From an uncultured delta proteobacterium (GTDB lineage Bacteria; Desulfobacterota; Desulfomonilia; Desulfomonilales; Desulfomonilaceae), in assembly GCA_963789265.1 (NCBI GenBank), contig CAWBKB010000001.1:1696001-1760000 (forward strand): a stretch of 64,000 nucleotides of DNA, written 5' to 3'. The notes beneath the pieces were generated by a model that saw nothing but the letters and a program-made list of their open reading frames with translations, was not told the origin of the DNA and did no database searches. Below are positions 10,712-21,237 of the stretch, one piece after another. The position numbers were made by a program, and so were the translations under genes. Every line of letters begins with the position of its first letter. Position 1 is the stretch's first letter.

Positions 10712-13700
10712 GAGCCGGAAGATAGATGCTGAAGGTCGTGCCGGCCTGAGCCTGACTTTCACAGGTGATGTGCCCTCCGTGTTGCCTAACAATGCCGTAG
10801 ACCATGGCGAGCCCTAATCCGGTTCCTCTTCCCAGTTCCTTCGTGGTGTAAAAAGGCTCAAATACGTGTTCCATGATGTCTTTGTCTATTCCGTGCCCCG
10901 TGTCGGAGACCGTGAGTACCACGTATTCACCGGGATCGGCTCCAACATGCACTTTGCAGTATTCCTCATCTAGAGTAGTGTTTCCGGTGGCTATCGTGAG
11001 CCTGCCTCTGTCCGGCATAGCGTCACGAGCATTAACAGCCAAGTTCATCAATACCTGTTCGATTTGAGTCGGATCGGCATTCACTTCTGCCAGGTCATCT
11101 GCCAAATTCATTTCAATGTCGATCATTTTGGGAATGGTCCGCCGCAGTAGTTTCTCCACTTGAACTATTTGCCTGTTAAGATTCAAGGAGATCGGCTGGG
11201 GCTCAACTTTTCTGCTGAATGTGAGCAACCGCTGGACCAGTTCGGCTCCGTTCCTGGCCGCATGGAATATTTTTTGGAGATCGGCATATTCCGCATCGAC
11301 TTCCCTCTTTTGGGTCAATAGCCATTCTGAAAAACCCAAGATGACCTGAAGGAGATTGTTGAAATCGTGTGCAATCCCCCCGGCGAGGGTCCCAACGGCC
11401 TCCATCTTCTGGGCATGGAGAAGTTGCTGAGAAAGTTGGAAATGTTCGGTTATGTCACGCTTCACGGCAACAAAGTTTATGATCTTGCCTCCGGAGTCTC
11501 GAACTGGAGAAATCGTGGACTCCTCGTGGTAGAGACTTCCGTCCTTTTTCCTGTTTATCAAGCGGCCTGTCCAGACCTCTCCTCGCGAAACGGTTTCCCA
11601 CAGATCCTTGTAGAACACTTCGTCGTGTTTGCCGCTCTTCAGAAATCTCGGATTCCGGCCGATGACTTCTTTTCGCGTATATCCGGTAATCCTCTCGAAC
11701 GCGGGATTCATGTACTGGATGTTTCCTGAAGTATCAGTGACGACAATTGCTTCTGCAGCCTGTTCTACGGCAGTAGCCAAACGCCTTTGCACTTTCTCGG
11801 ACCGCTTTCGTTGCGACACGTCTCTCACCCACACCTGCACACCTTGCTTACTCTCGACTTTCACGGCTTTTGCGATGATTTCGCCGTCGAAGGACGATCC
11901 ATCTTTGCGCCGCAACTTGACCTCATACTGTGAGACGACCTCTTCGCTTCGCATTCGAGCCGCGGCCCTCTCGCGAACAATCTGATGGTAATCCGGATCA
12001 TAAATATCAAAGACATCCACACCTTCCAGTTCGGTCAACGAGTATCCGAGCATTTCGCACAGACGGGAATTGGCAAATATGATCTGAAAGCCTTTCAGCA
12101 GCATCAGGCCACTAAAACTGTTTTCTACAAGTGTTCGGTACCTTTGTTCGCTTTGTCTAACAGCTTCCTCTGCCAGCAGTCGGTCCGTTATATCTACCAT
12201 GACGCCGATCAAACCGGCCAAGGTGCCGTCAGGATCGAAAAACGGGGCTTTATGATTGACGAATGCACGCTCAGACCCATCAGCTTGCGGCACACTAAAT
12301 TCGTAGATCTGCACTTGCTGATGGTCAAATAGTTGGAGATCCTTTTTGCGCCATACGTCGGCCACCTCCTTGGGAACCACATCGTAAACGGTTTTTCCCA
12401 CCACTTCATCCTTGGGTAACCCCAGCAGGGAAGCGAACGCTTCATTGCAGCCCAGATATTTGTGGTTGATATCTTTATAGAAGACGGGACTGGGAATGGA
12501 ATCGATCAACGTTCGACGGAAATCCAGCAGTGCTTTCAAAGAATCTTCGGCTTGTTTTTGCTTGGTGATGTCAATAACATTGGCAAGAATCGCAGGGTTC
12601 CCGTTATGCTCTATCACTGAGGCCCGCACTTCCCGCCATTTCACGCTCCCGTCCTTTCTTAGGGCTCTGAATTGGTATTGGCTGGGAATCTCCTTTCCTG
12701 CAAGCCTACCGAGCCGCATTTCCTTAACCATTTCACAGTCCTGGGGAGCCACAACTTGCTCCACCGATTTGCCGATCAGCTCGTCGGCTGAATAACCCAG
12801 GTCTTTGGCGTACCGCTCATTCACATAGACGTGTCTCCCTTGTTGGTGTACGCAAATGCCGGTAAGTGAATTCTCGGCCAGAGCACGGTACCGCTGTTCA
12901 CTTTCTGTTAGGGCCCGTTCGATCCGCTTTCTTTCCGATATGTCGGTAATTGCCGCTATCGTGCCTGTACTTAGGTCACTGAGGCTCAGAGCCTTCATTC
13001 TTATGTGCGCGTCAAAAAGGAAACCGTCTTTTCGCCGCAAAGTTGCGTCAATTGAGGTGACTCGTCCAGTTTGTAAGCTTTCATAAAGGATTTGCCCGAC
13101 ACGTTCATACTCCGCTTCGGATGGATAGATTTTGTCTGCACGCAGGCCAACAACGTCATCTTGATTTTCCAAGCCGAACATTTCCAACCAGGCTTCATTC
13201 GCCCACTTCATGATCCTGTTTTCACCCAGACCTATAGCAACGGGAGACGTTGACAGCACGCTCCTTAGCATCGCCTCACTTTCTCGCAAGCCGTCTTCTG
13301 CTTTTTTGCGTTCAATGATTTCCTGTCTCAGATGTTCGTTGGCAGCAGATAACTTGGCAGTTCTGTCGTGAACTTTTTGCTCAAGGTCATCGCGGGCTTT
13401 ACGCAGGTCAATCGATTGCCGACCACGCGTGATTTCAATAGCTGCCAGATTCCCCAATAGAAACAAGGTATCCAGGTCTGACTCGGAAAAGGAAGTCTTG
13501 GTGCGGTTAAAACCATAAAGTACACCCAGGTTCTTCCGGCCCATTTGGATTGGTACTGCAATTCCCGATATTAAGCCCTCGGCACGAACTATATCGTGGA
13601 AGGGTGATTCCACCTCTTTGAAATAGTCCCTGACCACGAGGCCCTTTTGAGTCGCGGCAACTTTGCCTCCAACGCCGGATCCGACGGGCAGCCGGACCCT

Positions 13701-14399
13701 CTTGAAGGCTTCGATGGTGATGCCGGACAGCGTATGCATATATAGTTCACCTGCCGTGTCGTCACGCAAGGCAATGTACGATGCGTCGAACCCAAGCAGC
13801 TTCCGGCTCTGTTCGACTACTATAGACAGGTTCTCATCAAGGTCATTGTCGGCTGTCATCGCAACCGCCAAGTCATACAACGCCCGGAATTTGTTTGCCT
13901 CCTTCTCCAGGTCCGCTTCGGACCTTACACGCCGTGTTATGTCCAGTATCGTACACAAAAGTGCCGAACCACCTTCGAAATCCATGGAGGAACCGTACAC
14001 CTCCACCTCCACGATCTCACCATCCTTCTTTATCCCTCTGAATTCGTACCCTACTAGTTTCTTCTGCCTTGAAGTTCGCAGTGAGATATTCTCCCGAACT
14101 CCGGGCCAGTCTTCCGGCAAAACGAGGGCTTCGGTGGGAACATTGTCCACAAGTTCATCAACCGCATATCCGAATATTTCCGCGGCCTTGGCATTGGCAT
14201 ACTTGAAATAGCTGTCCTTAATTATGCAAACACCGGCCACGAAATTCTCAGCAAAGTTTCTAATCTGAGCCTCGGATTGGCTGGAAGCGACCACAGCGCC
14301 TTCGTGTCGGCTTTTCCAGGTTTCCAATTCCGCAACTCGTTGGCGCAGTTGCCTGACTTCAGTTTTGAGTTGCTCTGCGGTCTCAGACCCGGCTGTCAT
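10686..14399 (-). CDS. Multi-PAS/GAF sensor histidine kinase
   Basis: PAS-GAF-5xPAS, H-box AHDFNNLL, N-box NLAVNARDAM, G-boxes DTGHG and GTGLGL. Confidence 0.93.
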   Translation of the reverse strand: MTAGSETAEQLKTEVRQLRQRVAELETWKSRHEGAVVASSQSEAQIRNFAENFVAGVCIIKDSYFKYANAKAAEIFGYAVDELVDNVPTEALVLPEDWPGVRENISLRTSRQKKLVGYEFRGIKKDGEIVEVEVYGSSMDFEGGSALLCTILDITRRVRSEADLEKEANKFRALYDLAVAMTADNDLDENLSIVVEQSRKLLGFDASYIALRDDTAGELYMHTLSGITIEAFKRVRLPVGSGVGGKVAATQKGLVVRDYFKEVESPFHDIVRAEGLISGIAVPIQMGRKNLGVLYGFNRTKTSFSESDLDTLFLLGNLAAIEITRGRQSIDLRKARDDLEQKVHDRTAKLSAANEHLRQEIIERKKAEDGLRESEAMLRSVLSTSPVAIGLGENRIMKWANEAWLEMFGLENQDDVVGLRADKIYPSEAEYERVGQILYESLQTGRVTSIDATLRRKDGFLFDAHIRMKALSLSDLSTGTIAAITDISERKRIERALTESEQRYRALAENSLTGICVHQQGRHVYVNERYAKDLGYSADELIGKSVEQVVAPQDCEMVKEMRLGRLAGKEIPSQYQFRALRKDGSVKWREVRASVIEHNGNPAILANVIDITKQKQAEDSLKALLDFRRTLIDSIPSPVFYKDINHKYLGCNEAFASLLGLPKDEVVGKTVYDVVPKEVADVWRKKDLQLFDHQQVQIYEFSVPQADGSERAFVNHKAPFFDPDGTLAGLIGVMVDITDRLLAEEAVRQSEQRYRTLVENSFSGLMLLKGFQIIFANSRLCEMLGYSLTELEGVDVFDIYDPDYHQIVRERAAARMRSEEVVSQYEVKLRRKDGSSFDGEIIAKAVKVESKQGVQVWVRDVSQRKRSEKVQRRLATAVEQAAEAIVVTDTSGNIQYMNPAFERITGYTRKEVIGRNPRFLKSGKHDEVFYKDLWETVSRGEVWTGRLINRKKDGSLYHEESTISPVRDSGGKIINFVAVKRDITEHFQLSQQLLHAQKMEAVGTLAGGIAHDFNNLLQVILGFSEWLLTQKREVDAEYADLQKIFHAARNGAELVQRLLTFSRKVEPQPISLNLNRQIVQVEKLLRRTIPKMIDIEMNLADDLAEVNADPTQIEQVLMNLAVNARDAMPDRGRLTIATGNTTLDEEYCKVHVGADPGEYVVLTVSDTGHGIDKDIMEHVFEPFYTTKELGRGTGLGLAMVYGIVRQHGGHITCESQAQAGTTFSIYLPALRPDRNPL

Positions 14400-14449
14400 C
14401 TAGAGTACTCCCTACGCTGTCCTTTGTTGTCCTAACGCACTGCCGCCAC

Positions 14450-15616
14450 TCAATATTCATAAGGAAGGAACAGTTTCCTATGTTCGTCCAGAGCGAATCG
14501 ATCCGTCATCCCGGCAATGTAATCGCAGACGATTCGTTCAGCAGGGTCCCGGTTATCCAAGATTTTCCGGTGAACGCCGGGAGGAAGCTGGGACGGCCTC
14601 CGAACATATTCGTAGAACAGGTCTCGGAGCAGGCGATCTGCTTTGTATTGCATTCGAAGGATTTTGTGATGAGTGTAAAACCGTGAGTGGAGGAATCGAT
14701 TGAGCTGGTCTTTCCACTGTTGCATGCGAGGGGAAAACGCAACCACAGGAGTGTCCGACCGGGTTATCTCTTGCGGGCTGCTGAAATTGCCGCGTGAGAG
14801 TCGCTCCTCGGTTCCCTCGAGGAGGTCTCGGATGAACGTGTCTATCAACACGCGGATGCACTGGTACAGGAAGGTATCGCGGTCTAGCATTGGATGACGA
14901 TCTCGAATGATCCTGGTGACTTCGTTCCACAGATCCAGATCGCCAAGCTCGGCCTCATCGAAATATCCAGATCGAAGCCCGTCTTCTATGTCATGACAAT
15001 TATAGGCTATTTCATCTGCCAGATTAACTATCTGGGCTTCCAGGGTCGGTTGGGGCTCCGTCATGAACTCGCTGATCACGTGTTCCGGCGCTTGGTCGTA
15101 TACCGTTGAGTGCCGGATAATCCCGGCACGTGTCTCATAAGTCAGATTAAGGCCCGGAAAATCGGGATAGCGTGCTTCAAGAACATCTACCACCCTCAAA
15201 GACTGGCTATTGTGTTCGAATCCCCCGTTGTCGGCCATCAATTCCTGTAAGGAATGCTCTCCGGCATGCCCGAAAGGGGTGTGGCCCAGATCGTGGGCCA
15301 AGGCCACCGCATGGGTCAAGTCTTCATTGGCGCCAAGATACTGGGCCATGCTGCGTGCAATCTGGCCTACTTCCAGTGTGTGTGTCAGCCTGGTTCGGTA
15401 ATGGTCTCCTTCGTAATAAGCGAAAACTTGGGTTTTGTATTCGAGTCTGCGAAAGGCCTTTGAATGGATTATTCGGTCCCGGTCTCTCTGAAAAGAAGTC
15501 CTATAGGGACATTCCTGCTCCTGATATACCCGGCCGCGGCTGTTCTCGGAAAGAAGAGCGTACGGAGCCAGGAATGACCGTTCTCTCTGTTCTTGAACTG
15601 GACGTTGTATAATCAC
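14450..15616 (-). CDS. dgt: Deoxyguanosinetriphosphate triphosphohydrolase
   Basis: RDRDRIIHSKAFRRL, RTRLTHTLEV, HDLGHTPFGH and DYIAGMTD motifs. Confidence 0.95.
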   Translation of the reverse strand: MIIQRPVQEQRERSFLAPYALLSENSRGRVYQEQECPYRTSFQRDRDRIIHSKAFRRLEYKTQVFAYYEGDHYRTRLTHTLEVGQIARSMAQYLGANEDLTHAVALAHDLGHTPFGHAGEHSLQELMADNGGFEHNSQSLRVVDVLEARYPDFPGLNLTYETRAGIIRHSTVYDQAPEHVISEFMTEPQPTLEAQIVNLADEIAYNCHDIEDGLRSGYFDEAELGDLDLWNEVTRIIRDRHPMLDRDTFLYQCIRVLIDTFIRDLLEGTEERLSRGNFSSPQEITRSDTPVVAFSPRMQQWKDQLNRFLHSRFYTHHKILRMQYKADRLLRDLFYEYVRRPSQLPPGVHRKILDNRDPAERIVCDYIAGMTDRFALDEHRKLFLPYEY

Positions 15617-15700
15617 GCTGTCTTATCCTGTCGATCGAGCGGTCGCACGTTGACTCGTGAAGACGCCGGTTCGGAGCAAGGGGTTCGCGTCAAGGGTTTC

Positions 15701-16117
15701 TCAGTTGGCAGACCCATGCAGAACTATATTCACCAACACTGCGAAGGCACCTACCACCCCCAGCGACACAAGTATCCAGACTAGAAGGCTGAGGCTCGCT
15801 CCTCTGGATGGTCGTTCCACCGAAGCCGCCTCTCGCTCCGAAGGAAAACGAAAGCTCTCAAAAGCATCCGACGGTAGGGTGTGTTCGGAAACTTCAGCCG
15901 CAGTGGTTTGCGAAGTAGGTGAGGTCCTTTCTTGAACGCCACGGAATTCCGCGCCGGGCGCAGGCCCGGATGCCGGAATTTGCTCCACTGGAGTTTGATC
16001 TTGAATGAACCCAATTCCTTGGCAATGAGGACATCTTATCTTCACTTTTTGCCTCTGGGCAATGCGGCTCTCGTCCACTCTCATTTTGCCGCCGCAATGG
16101 GAACAGTTCACAATCAT
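15701..16117 (-). CDS. Zinc-ribbon (MJ0042-type) protein with C-terminal TM helix
   Basis: CSHC..CPHC at the N-terminus; hydrophobic C-terminal helix. Confidence 0.8.
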   Translation of the reverse strand: MIVNCSHCGGKMRVDESRIAQRQKVKIRCPHCQGIGFIQDQTPVEQIPASGPAPGAEFRGVQERTSPTSQTTAAEVSEHTLPSDAFESFRFPSEREAASVERPSRGASLSLLVWILVSLGVVGAFAVLVNIVLHGSAN

Positions 16118-16595
16118 GACTGATGGTACCTTTCAAGCTGAGTATGTTGTTGCGGCATCTGAAACTGTCTCGAAGCTATTTGCCATGCACATCCGGCGCC
16201 GGATGTGGTGAGCCCGCCAACAGAGAAGGAACCGTCGAGCGAACTGCGGGATCAGCGTTTAGGTCACCCGAGAACTTCACGGCGAGATGTTCCGTGTTCG
16301 GTGCAGTTCCGCGCCTCTTGCAGATTTATCTCATCTTACCAGAACTATCGCTGTACGGTAATAGTTCACAGCGCAGAACGCGAAACGCGCGGAGATTTCT
16401 GTTTATTCTACACGGCCATGTGAATGGGAGCTGCAAATTCCGGCCTGTGACAATCGGGGCAATGCCCGCCCGGCTGAACGCGGCAGCAACTCATGTGGAG
16501 CTGAACAGGCTATCCTGTCTCCTCTGCGCCCTCCGCGGTGATCCCGCGTAGACTGCGAGACTGATTGCGCGCTGAACTGGTGCTCTCTACCAGAC

Positions 16596-17402
16596 CTATC
16601 TCTCCACCGTCTCCGCTTGGCCGGGTCGATTCTCCGTCACGCCGCTGAGGTCAAGAAAGAGGAGTGTTCCGCCGACCACGGCTGCGGGTATGAACAGCAG
16701 ATTTAATACGGGAACAGCAGCCATCAAGACGTTGCCCAATCCGAATCCCATTATCGACCAGAATCGACGGCGGAAGAAAGCCTGTTTCTCCTTCCACGTG
16801 AATCGCCGTCTGTCCATGGGATACCCAAGATATTCATAAGCAAACATGTAAGCAGACAAGAGCACTCCGGCAACCGCATACAAGACTTCGCCGACCCCCG
16901 GGATCAAAAGTAAAAACAAAGCTGCAATTAAAAGGGCTAGGTAGATGCCAAGCACCTTAAACAAGTGACAGATCGATCGTGCTGAATCTTTCAGGAGCTG
17001 CACAACGGAAAATGGCGTTTCATGAAAATTCCCTCTGACCAATTCCTCCGTCTTGTTGGAGACGAGATCGTTGAACGGCCAAGCCAGTGCGGAAGCGATC
17101 CGAGTGAGCACGAAGAAAAAGAGGACCGATAGCAGTGCGATATCGACGACCAGGAGCGAAAAATATAAGACCTGCTGGTACCAGGCACCGATCGAGTAAG
17201 TATACAGGACGCCGGATAAGAGGTGATATAGGAGCCAGTACGAGCCCCCAAGGATCAATATGCCGATGGCAGTAGGGGCCGCCGCATATTTCCAAAGCAC
17301 CTTATGGGTCCGAAGAAAAAGCGCGCCTCTGATCACGTACAAAGGCGCGAACCGGATTCCGCCTGATAACCCTCCGCAGGTATCCATTGATGGTCGCAAC
17401 AT
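16596..17402 (-). CDS. EI24/CysZ-family membrane protein
   Basis: Multi-TM; A.PFND.VS..TEE, EYLGYPMDRR and VPVLNLLFIPAAVVGGT CysZ-like motifs. Confidence 0.8.
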   Translation of the reverse strand: MLRPSMDTCGGLSGGIRFAPLYVIRGALFLRTHKVLWKYAAAPTAIGILILGGSYWLLYHLLSGVLYTYSIGAWYQQVLYFSLLVVDIALLSVLFFFVLTRIASALAWPFNDLVSNKTEELVRGNFHETPFSVVQLLKDSARSICHLFKVLGIYLALLIAALFLLLIPGVGEVLYAVAGVLLSAYMFAYEYLGYPMDRRRFTWKEKQAFFRRRFWSIMGFGLGNVLMAAVPVLNLLFIPAAVVGGTLLFLDLSGVTENRPGQAETVER

Positions 17403-17481
17403 AAAGCCTGTGGAGCCGCTCGCTCCGCACGGCCCGCGAACAATGCCGGCGTCAGGCCGGGCAACTCGCGACTCAAGGGGT

Positions 17482-17709
17482 TCAGGTGGGTTTTTTTATC
17501 AGCCCCAGGACTTCTCCCTCGTTGGGGAAGCGGCCGAGATTCTTTTTCGAGAAAACGAGATTCTCGCCGAACTCGACCTCAAACACGCCGCCTGCGGATT
17601 CAATCAGTTTCGGCTCAATGCCTAATTCCTTCTTCAATTCTTCCGCCAGACCGGCGGCCCGTGGTTTGTAATTTCATTGTCCGCAGTAAGTGATCTTGCA
17701 TACATCCAT
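17482..17709 (-). CDS. SelW/Rdx-family selenoprotein (CxxU), 75 aa; missed by the ORF track
   Basis: MDVCKITYCGQ-U-NYKPRAAGLAEELKKELGIEPKLIESAGGVFEVEFGENLVFSKKNLGRFPNEGEVLGLIKKPT; in-frame TGA at 17674-17676; AGGAGG RBS. Confidence 0.9.
17643..17657 (-). promoter_or_regulatory. Putative bacterial SECIS hairpin of the SelW-like gene
   Basis: CCGCC-GGTCT-GGCGG stem-loop starting 17 nt after the UGA, with G as first loop base. Confidence 0.7.
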
Positions 17710-17859
17710 GTTGTCCAGCGACCTCCTTCCACACGAATCTGTTTATCTTCCACGTGAAATTATAGTCGGACCGGTTTGCGGTTACAAGTCCTTGGTGGTT
17801 CTTGCCCCTAATGCCAATGCCTCATGCTTCTCTCTAGCATTCTTGGGTCACGGACCGCG

Positions 17860-19363
17860 TTACTGGTACTCCAACACCTCCAGCTTCACCTTGCCTACCA
17901 TTTTGAGAAGGGAACGCGTGTTGTCGGCCGAGTCCCCGGAGGATATTTTGATATGAGTGGCATCAGCAGGGAGTTGCTTCAACGTCGGATCAACGGCCAA
18001 CCAACCATTGAGGTAAGATTCGCACCATGCATGATACAGAAATCCTCCTTGATTGGAATATACTATGCCGGTGACGATCCGAGTCGGGATCCCCTGAGAT
18101 CTGGCCAGAGCGGTGTAGAGGGACGCGTGCGATTGGCATTCGCCCTCTTTTCTATGTAATACCGACAGGGCTGAAAAGTTGTCCGTCATCTTGCTCTTGA
18201 TGTTATCAGCGGTCCAACGAGTCAGCTTGAGCACTTTTTCCAGCGGGGAATCATCAGGCGAAACAATTTTCTTGGCCTGATCGACAATTTCCTTGTTATT
18301 AGACTGAATTGATATGGTGGGAGCCAGGTACGCGTCGGAGACCGCTTCAGCAGGATTGTGTGCCGAAGCCTTGAAGCGCAAGGGATCCTCAACACGGACC
18401 GTGACATCGAATGAGCCTTTCGGTGCGTTGCCCGGAGGAACGGTAACCTTTTGTCGATGATCTTCAGGAATGTCAGATTTCTCTACCCCCTGCAGCCTCG
18501 ACTTCAGGTAATGCAGCTTTTCCGGATGGGGCAAGGGCTTTGAAATACGGATCAGGCTGACGTCAAGGACAAGGTCCTTTCCCTGGGCTTTTGCGTTAAC
18601 GAACTTTTCGGCGGTGCTTTCGTCTTCGAGTATCGTAATCAAAGATCCTTGCAAGGCCTTTTCGATCACGGTCAGCCCCTTCTTGTCCAGCCACGAGTCA
18701 ACTAAAGACTCCCCGCAAGTGTTCTTCACCTTCCAGACAGCCTCATTTGGCCCGGCCGGGCCTTTGACTGTGAACATCTGCTGATTGACTTTTTGCATCC
18801 CCAGCTTTTCTGCGTTGAAGACTTCGAAAGTGTAGGCTTGATTATTTTTGAGTCCGCGTAATGCGGGCATTAGTGAAATCGCGCTTGACGGATATATTTT
18901 TTCATCTATGGGGTACTGGCGGCTCTCCTTTTCTCCCTCGACCGTTATATCTACAAGGAATCGTTTCCCTTCCGTCCTACCATTCATGGACATATCTTTA
19001 CCGTTCATGTGGACTACAGACTGGAACGACACCAAAGTCAGGTTCGGGCCGTACCACGACCCTCTCGCGCATCTTGACTTCGTTCACCTTCCTTAATGCT
19101 TTGAGCCTCATGAAAGAGTCGGTGTTTATGCTAAAATTGTGACTTGCAGGTTCGATTTTGAAGTGGCTGTATCCCACCTTCTGGGTCTGAAAGTACATCC
19201 CGTACCATGCCTCGTGAAAGGGCAATTTGCCCAAAGTAACATAGCCGTTGGCGGGGATGACAGGATCGGAGGTGCTTGGCAAAAAAGAATGCAGAGCGCA
19301 AGAACTTTGCACAAGAACGAGGATGAGAACAAAGAAGCCGGTGCAATGCCTTACTCGACGCAT
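17860..19363 (-). CDS. Transglutaminase-like domain exported/lipoprotein; frameshifted at ~19045
   Basis: GECQSHA, YHAWCE and VDPT catalytic triad motifs; signal-like N-terminus (..VQSSC) in the upstream frame; removing 1 nt joins the two ORFs. Confidence 0.82.
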
Positions 19364-19979
19364 TTTGTCAATGTATACGCCTGGCATTACGCATGCAATC
19401 CGCCCTTGTCCTCTCTCTATAAGTAGGGGGCTGGCGGATTCTGCAAAAAAATCATCGCAAGTCCTGGTCTTGCCACGAAATGAGAAATGCATAATTCCAG
19501 TAGGTTATGCGCGCCAGATTGATCGCGGCCACACGGGCCGGAGGGCCGAAAATCAATATACTCCTTGCAGAAGCGGGTTGCAATGAACGCGGCGGCCGCT
19601 CGCACGGCGTCTGTGAAGATACTGTTTTGTGGGGTCGCGGATTACTTCTATAAATCGCAGCTTGTGACTTTTATAGCCTAGTGGAGAAAAATCCCCTTTT
19701 CGCCGAGAAGAAACAGTCTTGAAAGTTTGGTTGCAGTTTGTACAGCCGGCTTAACAAATTTCCCGATTTTCACCTTCAAAAAACCACGACGCCCTATCAT
19801 CATACGATAATTTTCCATTCGTCGATCACATTTTGCCAAAAGTCTTGTATCGCCTGCCTGCGATTTTGTGGTAAAACCGAAACATCAGTCATCTCCTGTA
19901 TGCTTTACGAGCGGAGATAATTTCTTGACACAGTGAGTTTATGTGATATATATTCACTTGTAATCATATAGCGTTATGC

Positions 19980-20870
19980 GTGTTTGTTTTATTGCCTCGG
20001 AGAAAGAGGTATGGATTGAAGTCGAAAACCAAATTCCCATGGACTGTTCTAGCCTCTGTTCTCTTCGTGCTCATGACGGCTCTCCTCTTGCCGGGTGAAT
20101 CTCCTGCGGGGGATGCGTCATGGTGGGGGTCGTCTGCCTGGTGGGACTGGTCTGATTTTAGAGGAGTCCTCGCAGGCAGAGTCTTTCTAGCGAGGTTGGC
20201 GTCCGCCACCATTACCAAGGGAGGGGTGGATTACGACTTGAAAGGGTCGGACTACGGGTTCGATGATGATCCTGAGCCTTTCAAGGAGTTCTGGGGAGAA
20301 CTTTACATCGACCGTCTGGGATTCCGCTTCCATGTCGAGGAAAACGAATGGCAGGGTATGCCGGCCGCTAACGTGAGCACAGGTGGACCGACATCTGATT
20401 TAAAATTCGGCATGTCCCGTCTTGGCGTGGACCTTGACCTCATCCGCTTTCCATTTCTAAGATTCGGAATCGATTACGATTACCAGGTCAACGAGGTCCA
20501 ATTTCGGGACCGGACTGAGGATCTTTATAGGTCGGTCACGCCGATGACGTTGGGGATCCACGGCCGTGCGATTCCCTTCCGATTCCGCGACATCCCTTTC
20601 ACGGTCCAGGCGCGTTTTCGCTTTCCGATGCCCTTCTTGAACAGACAAGCCGAAGCCAAGATCACCGATTGGGAAATATCGGGGGGCCTGCGTCCGGCGA
20701 TCTGGGAGACCAGCTTGTACGGGCACGCGACATTCTCCTTCGACGTCGAAGCTGGATTCCGATCTGTGAGCCTTGATTCAAATCTGGAAACAGACGCAGG
20801 GCCAGCAACGTCTATGAGCTTGAACGCCCGCTGGAACGGGGCGTTTGTCCAGGTGGGGTTGTTTTTCTAG
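19980..20870 (+). CDS. Hypothetical exported protein, possible outer-membrane beta-barrel
   Basis: Signal-peptide-like segment, alternating beta-strand pattern, C-terminal Phe; start uncertain. Confidence 0.65.
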   Translation: MFVLLPRRKRYGLKSKTKFPWTVLASVLFVLMTALLLPGESPAGDASWWGSSAWWDWSDFRGVLAGRVFLARLASATITKGGVDYDLKGSDYGFDDDPEPFKEFWGELYIDRLGFRFHVEENEWQGMPAANVSTGGPTSDLKFGMSRLGVDLDLIRFPFLRFGIDYDYQVNEVQFRDRTEDLYRSVTPMTLGIHGRAIPFRFRDIPFTVQARFRFPMPFLNRQAEAKITDWEISGGLRPAIWETSLYGHATFSFDVEAGFRSVSLDSNLETDAGPATSMSLNARWNGAFVQVGLFF

Positions 20871-20875
20871 GCAAT

Positions 20876-21208
20876 GTGTCATCCGAGCGACCCGTAGGAT
20901 GTGCTGAGCGAAGCGAAGCGCATCTATCGCGGAGTCGGTCGTGAGGGTGGCTTGACCGTGACGCGACCGATGCTACATGCTGAAGAGAACGCCGTATACC
21001 AACACCGTCACCCCGGCGAAGGCTTGGGTCCAGAGAAGATTACGAAAACCTGGATTCCGGCCTCCGCCGGAATGACGACGAGGCCAATGCCTAGCCGAAA
21101 GGAAAGCTCCTGAATAAGAGACATGAGGCTTAAGTCAACAGCATAGGATCGGCCCCCCGCGGGACGCGGGGTCGCTCCATCGCCGCCGGCAGAGACGCCG
21201 GCGCTACT
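20876..21208. repeat. Cluster of degenerate REP-like palindromes
   Basis: GTCATCCGAGCG..GAGCGAAGCGAAG, GTCACCCCGGCGAAGGC..CTGGATTCCGGCCTCCGCCGGAATGAC, GCCGGCAGAGACGCCGGCGCTAC between convergent genes. Confidence 0.6.
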
Positions 21209-21237
21209 CTGGGATTGGAGCCCACAGCGACCGTTTT

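Noticed and set aside
14450..15616. dGTPase as an antiphage gene
   Set aside because: It has ordinary housekeeping Dgt length and motifs and no defence-gene neighbours.
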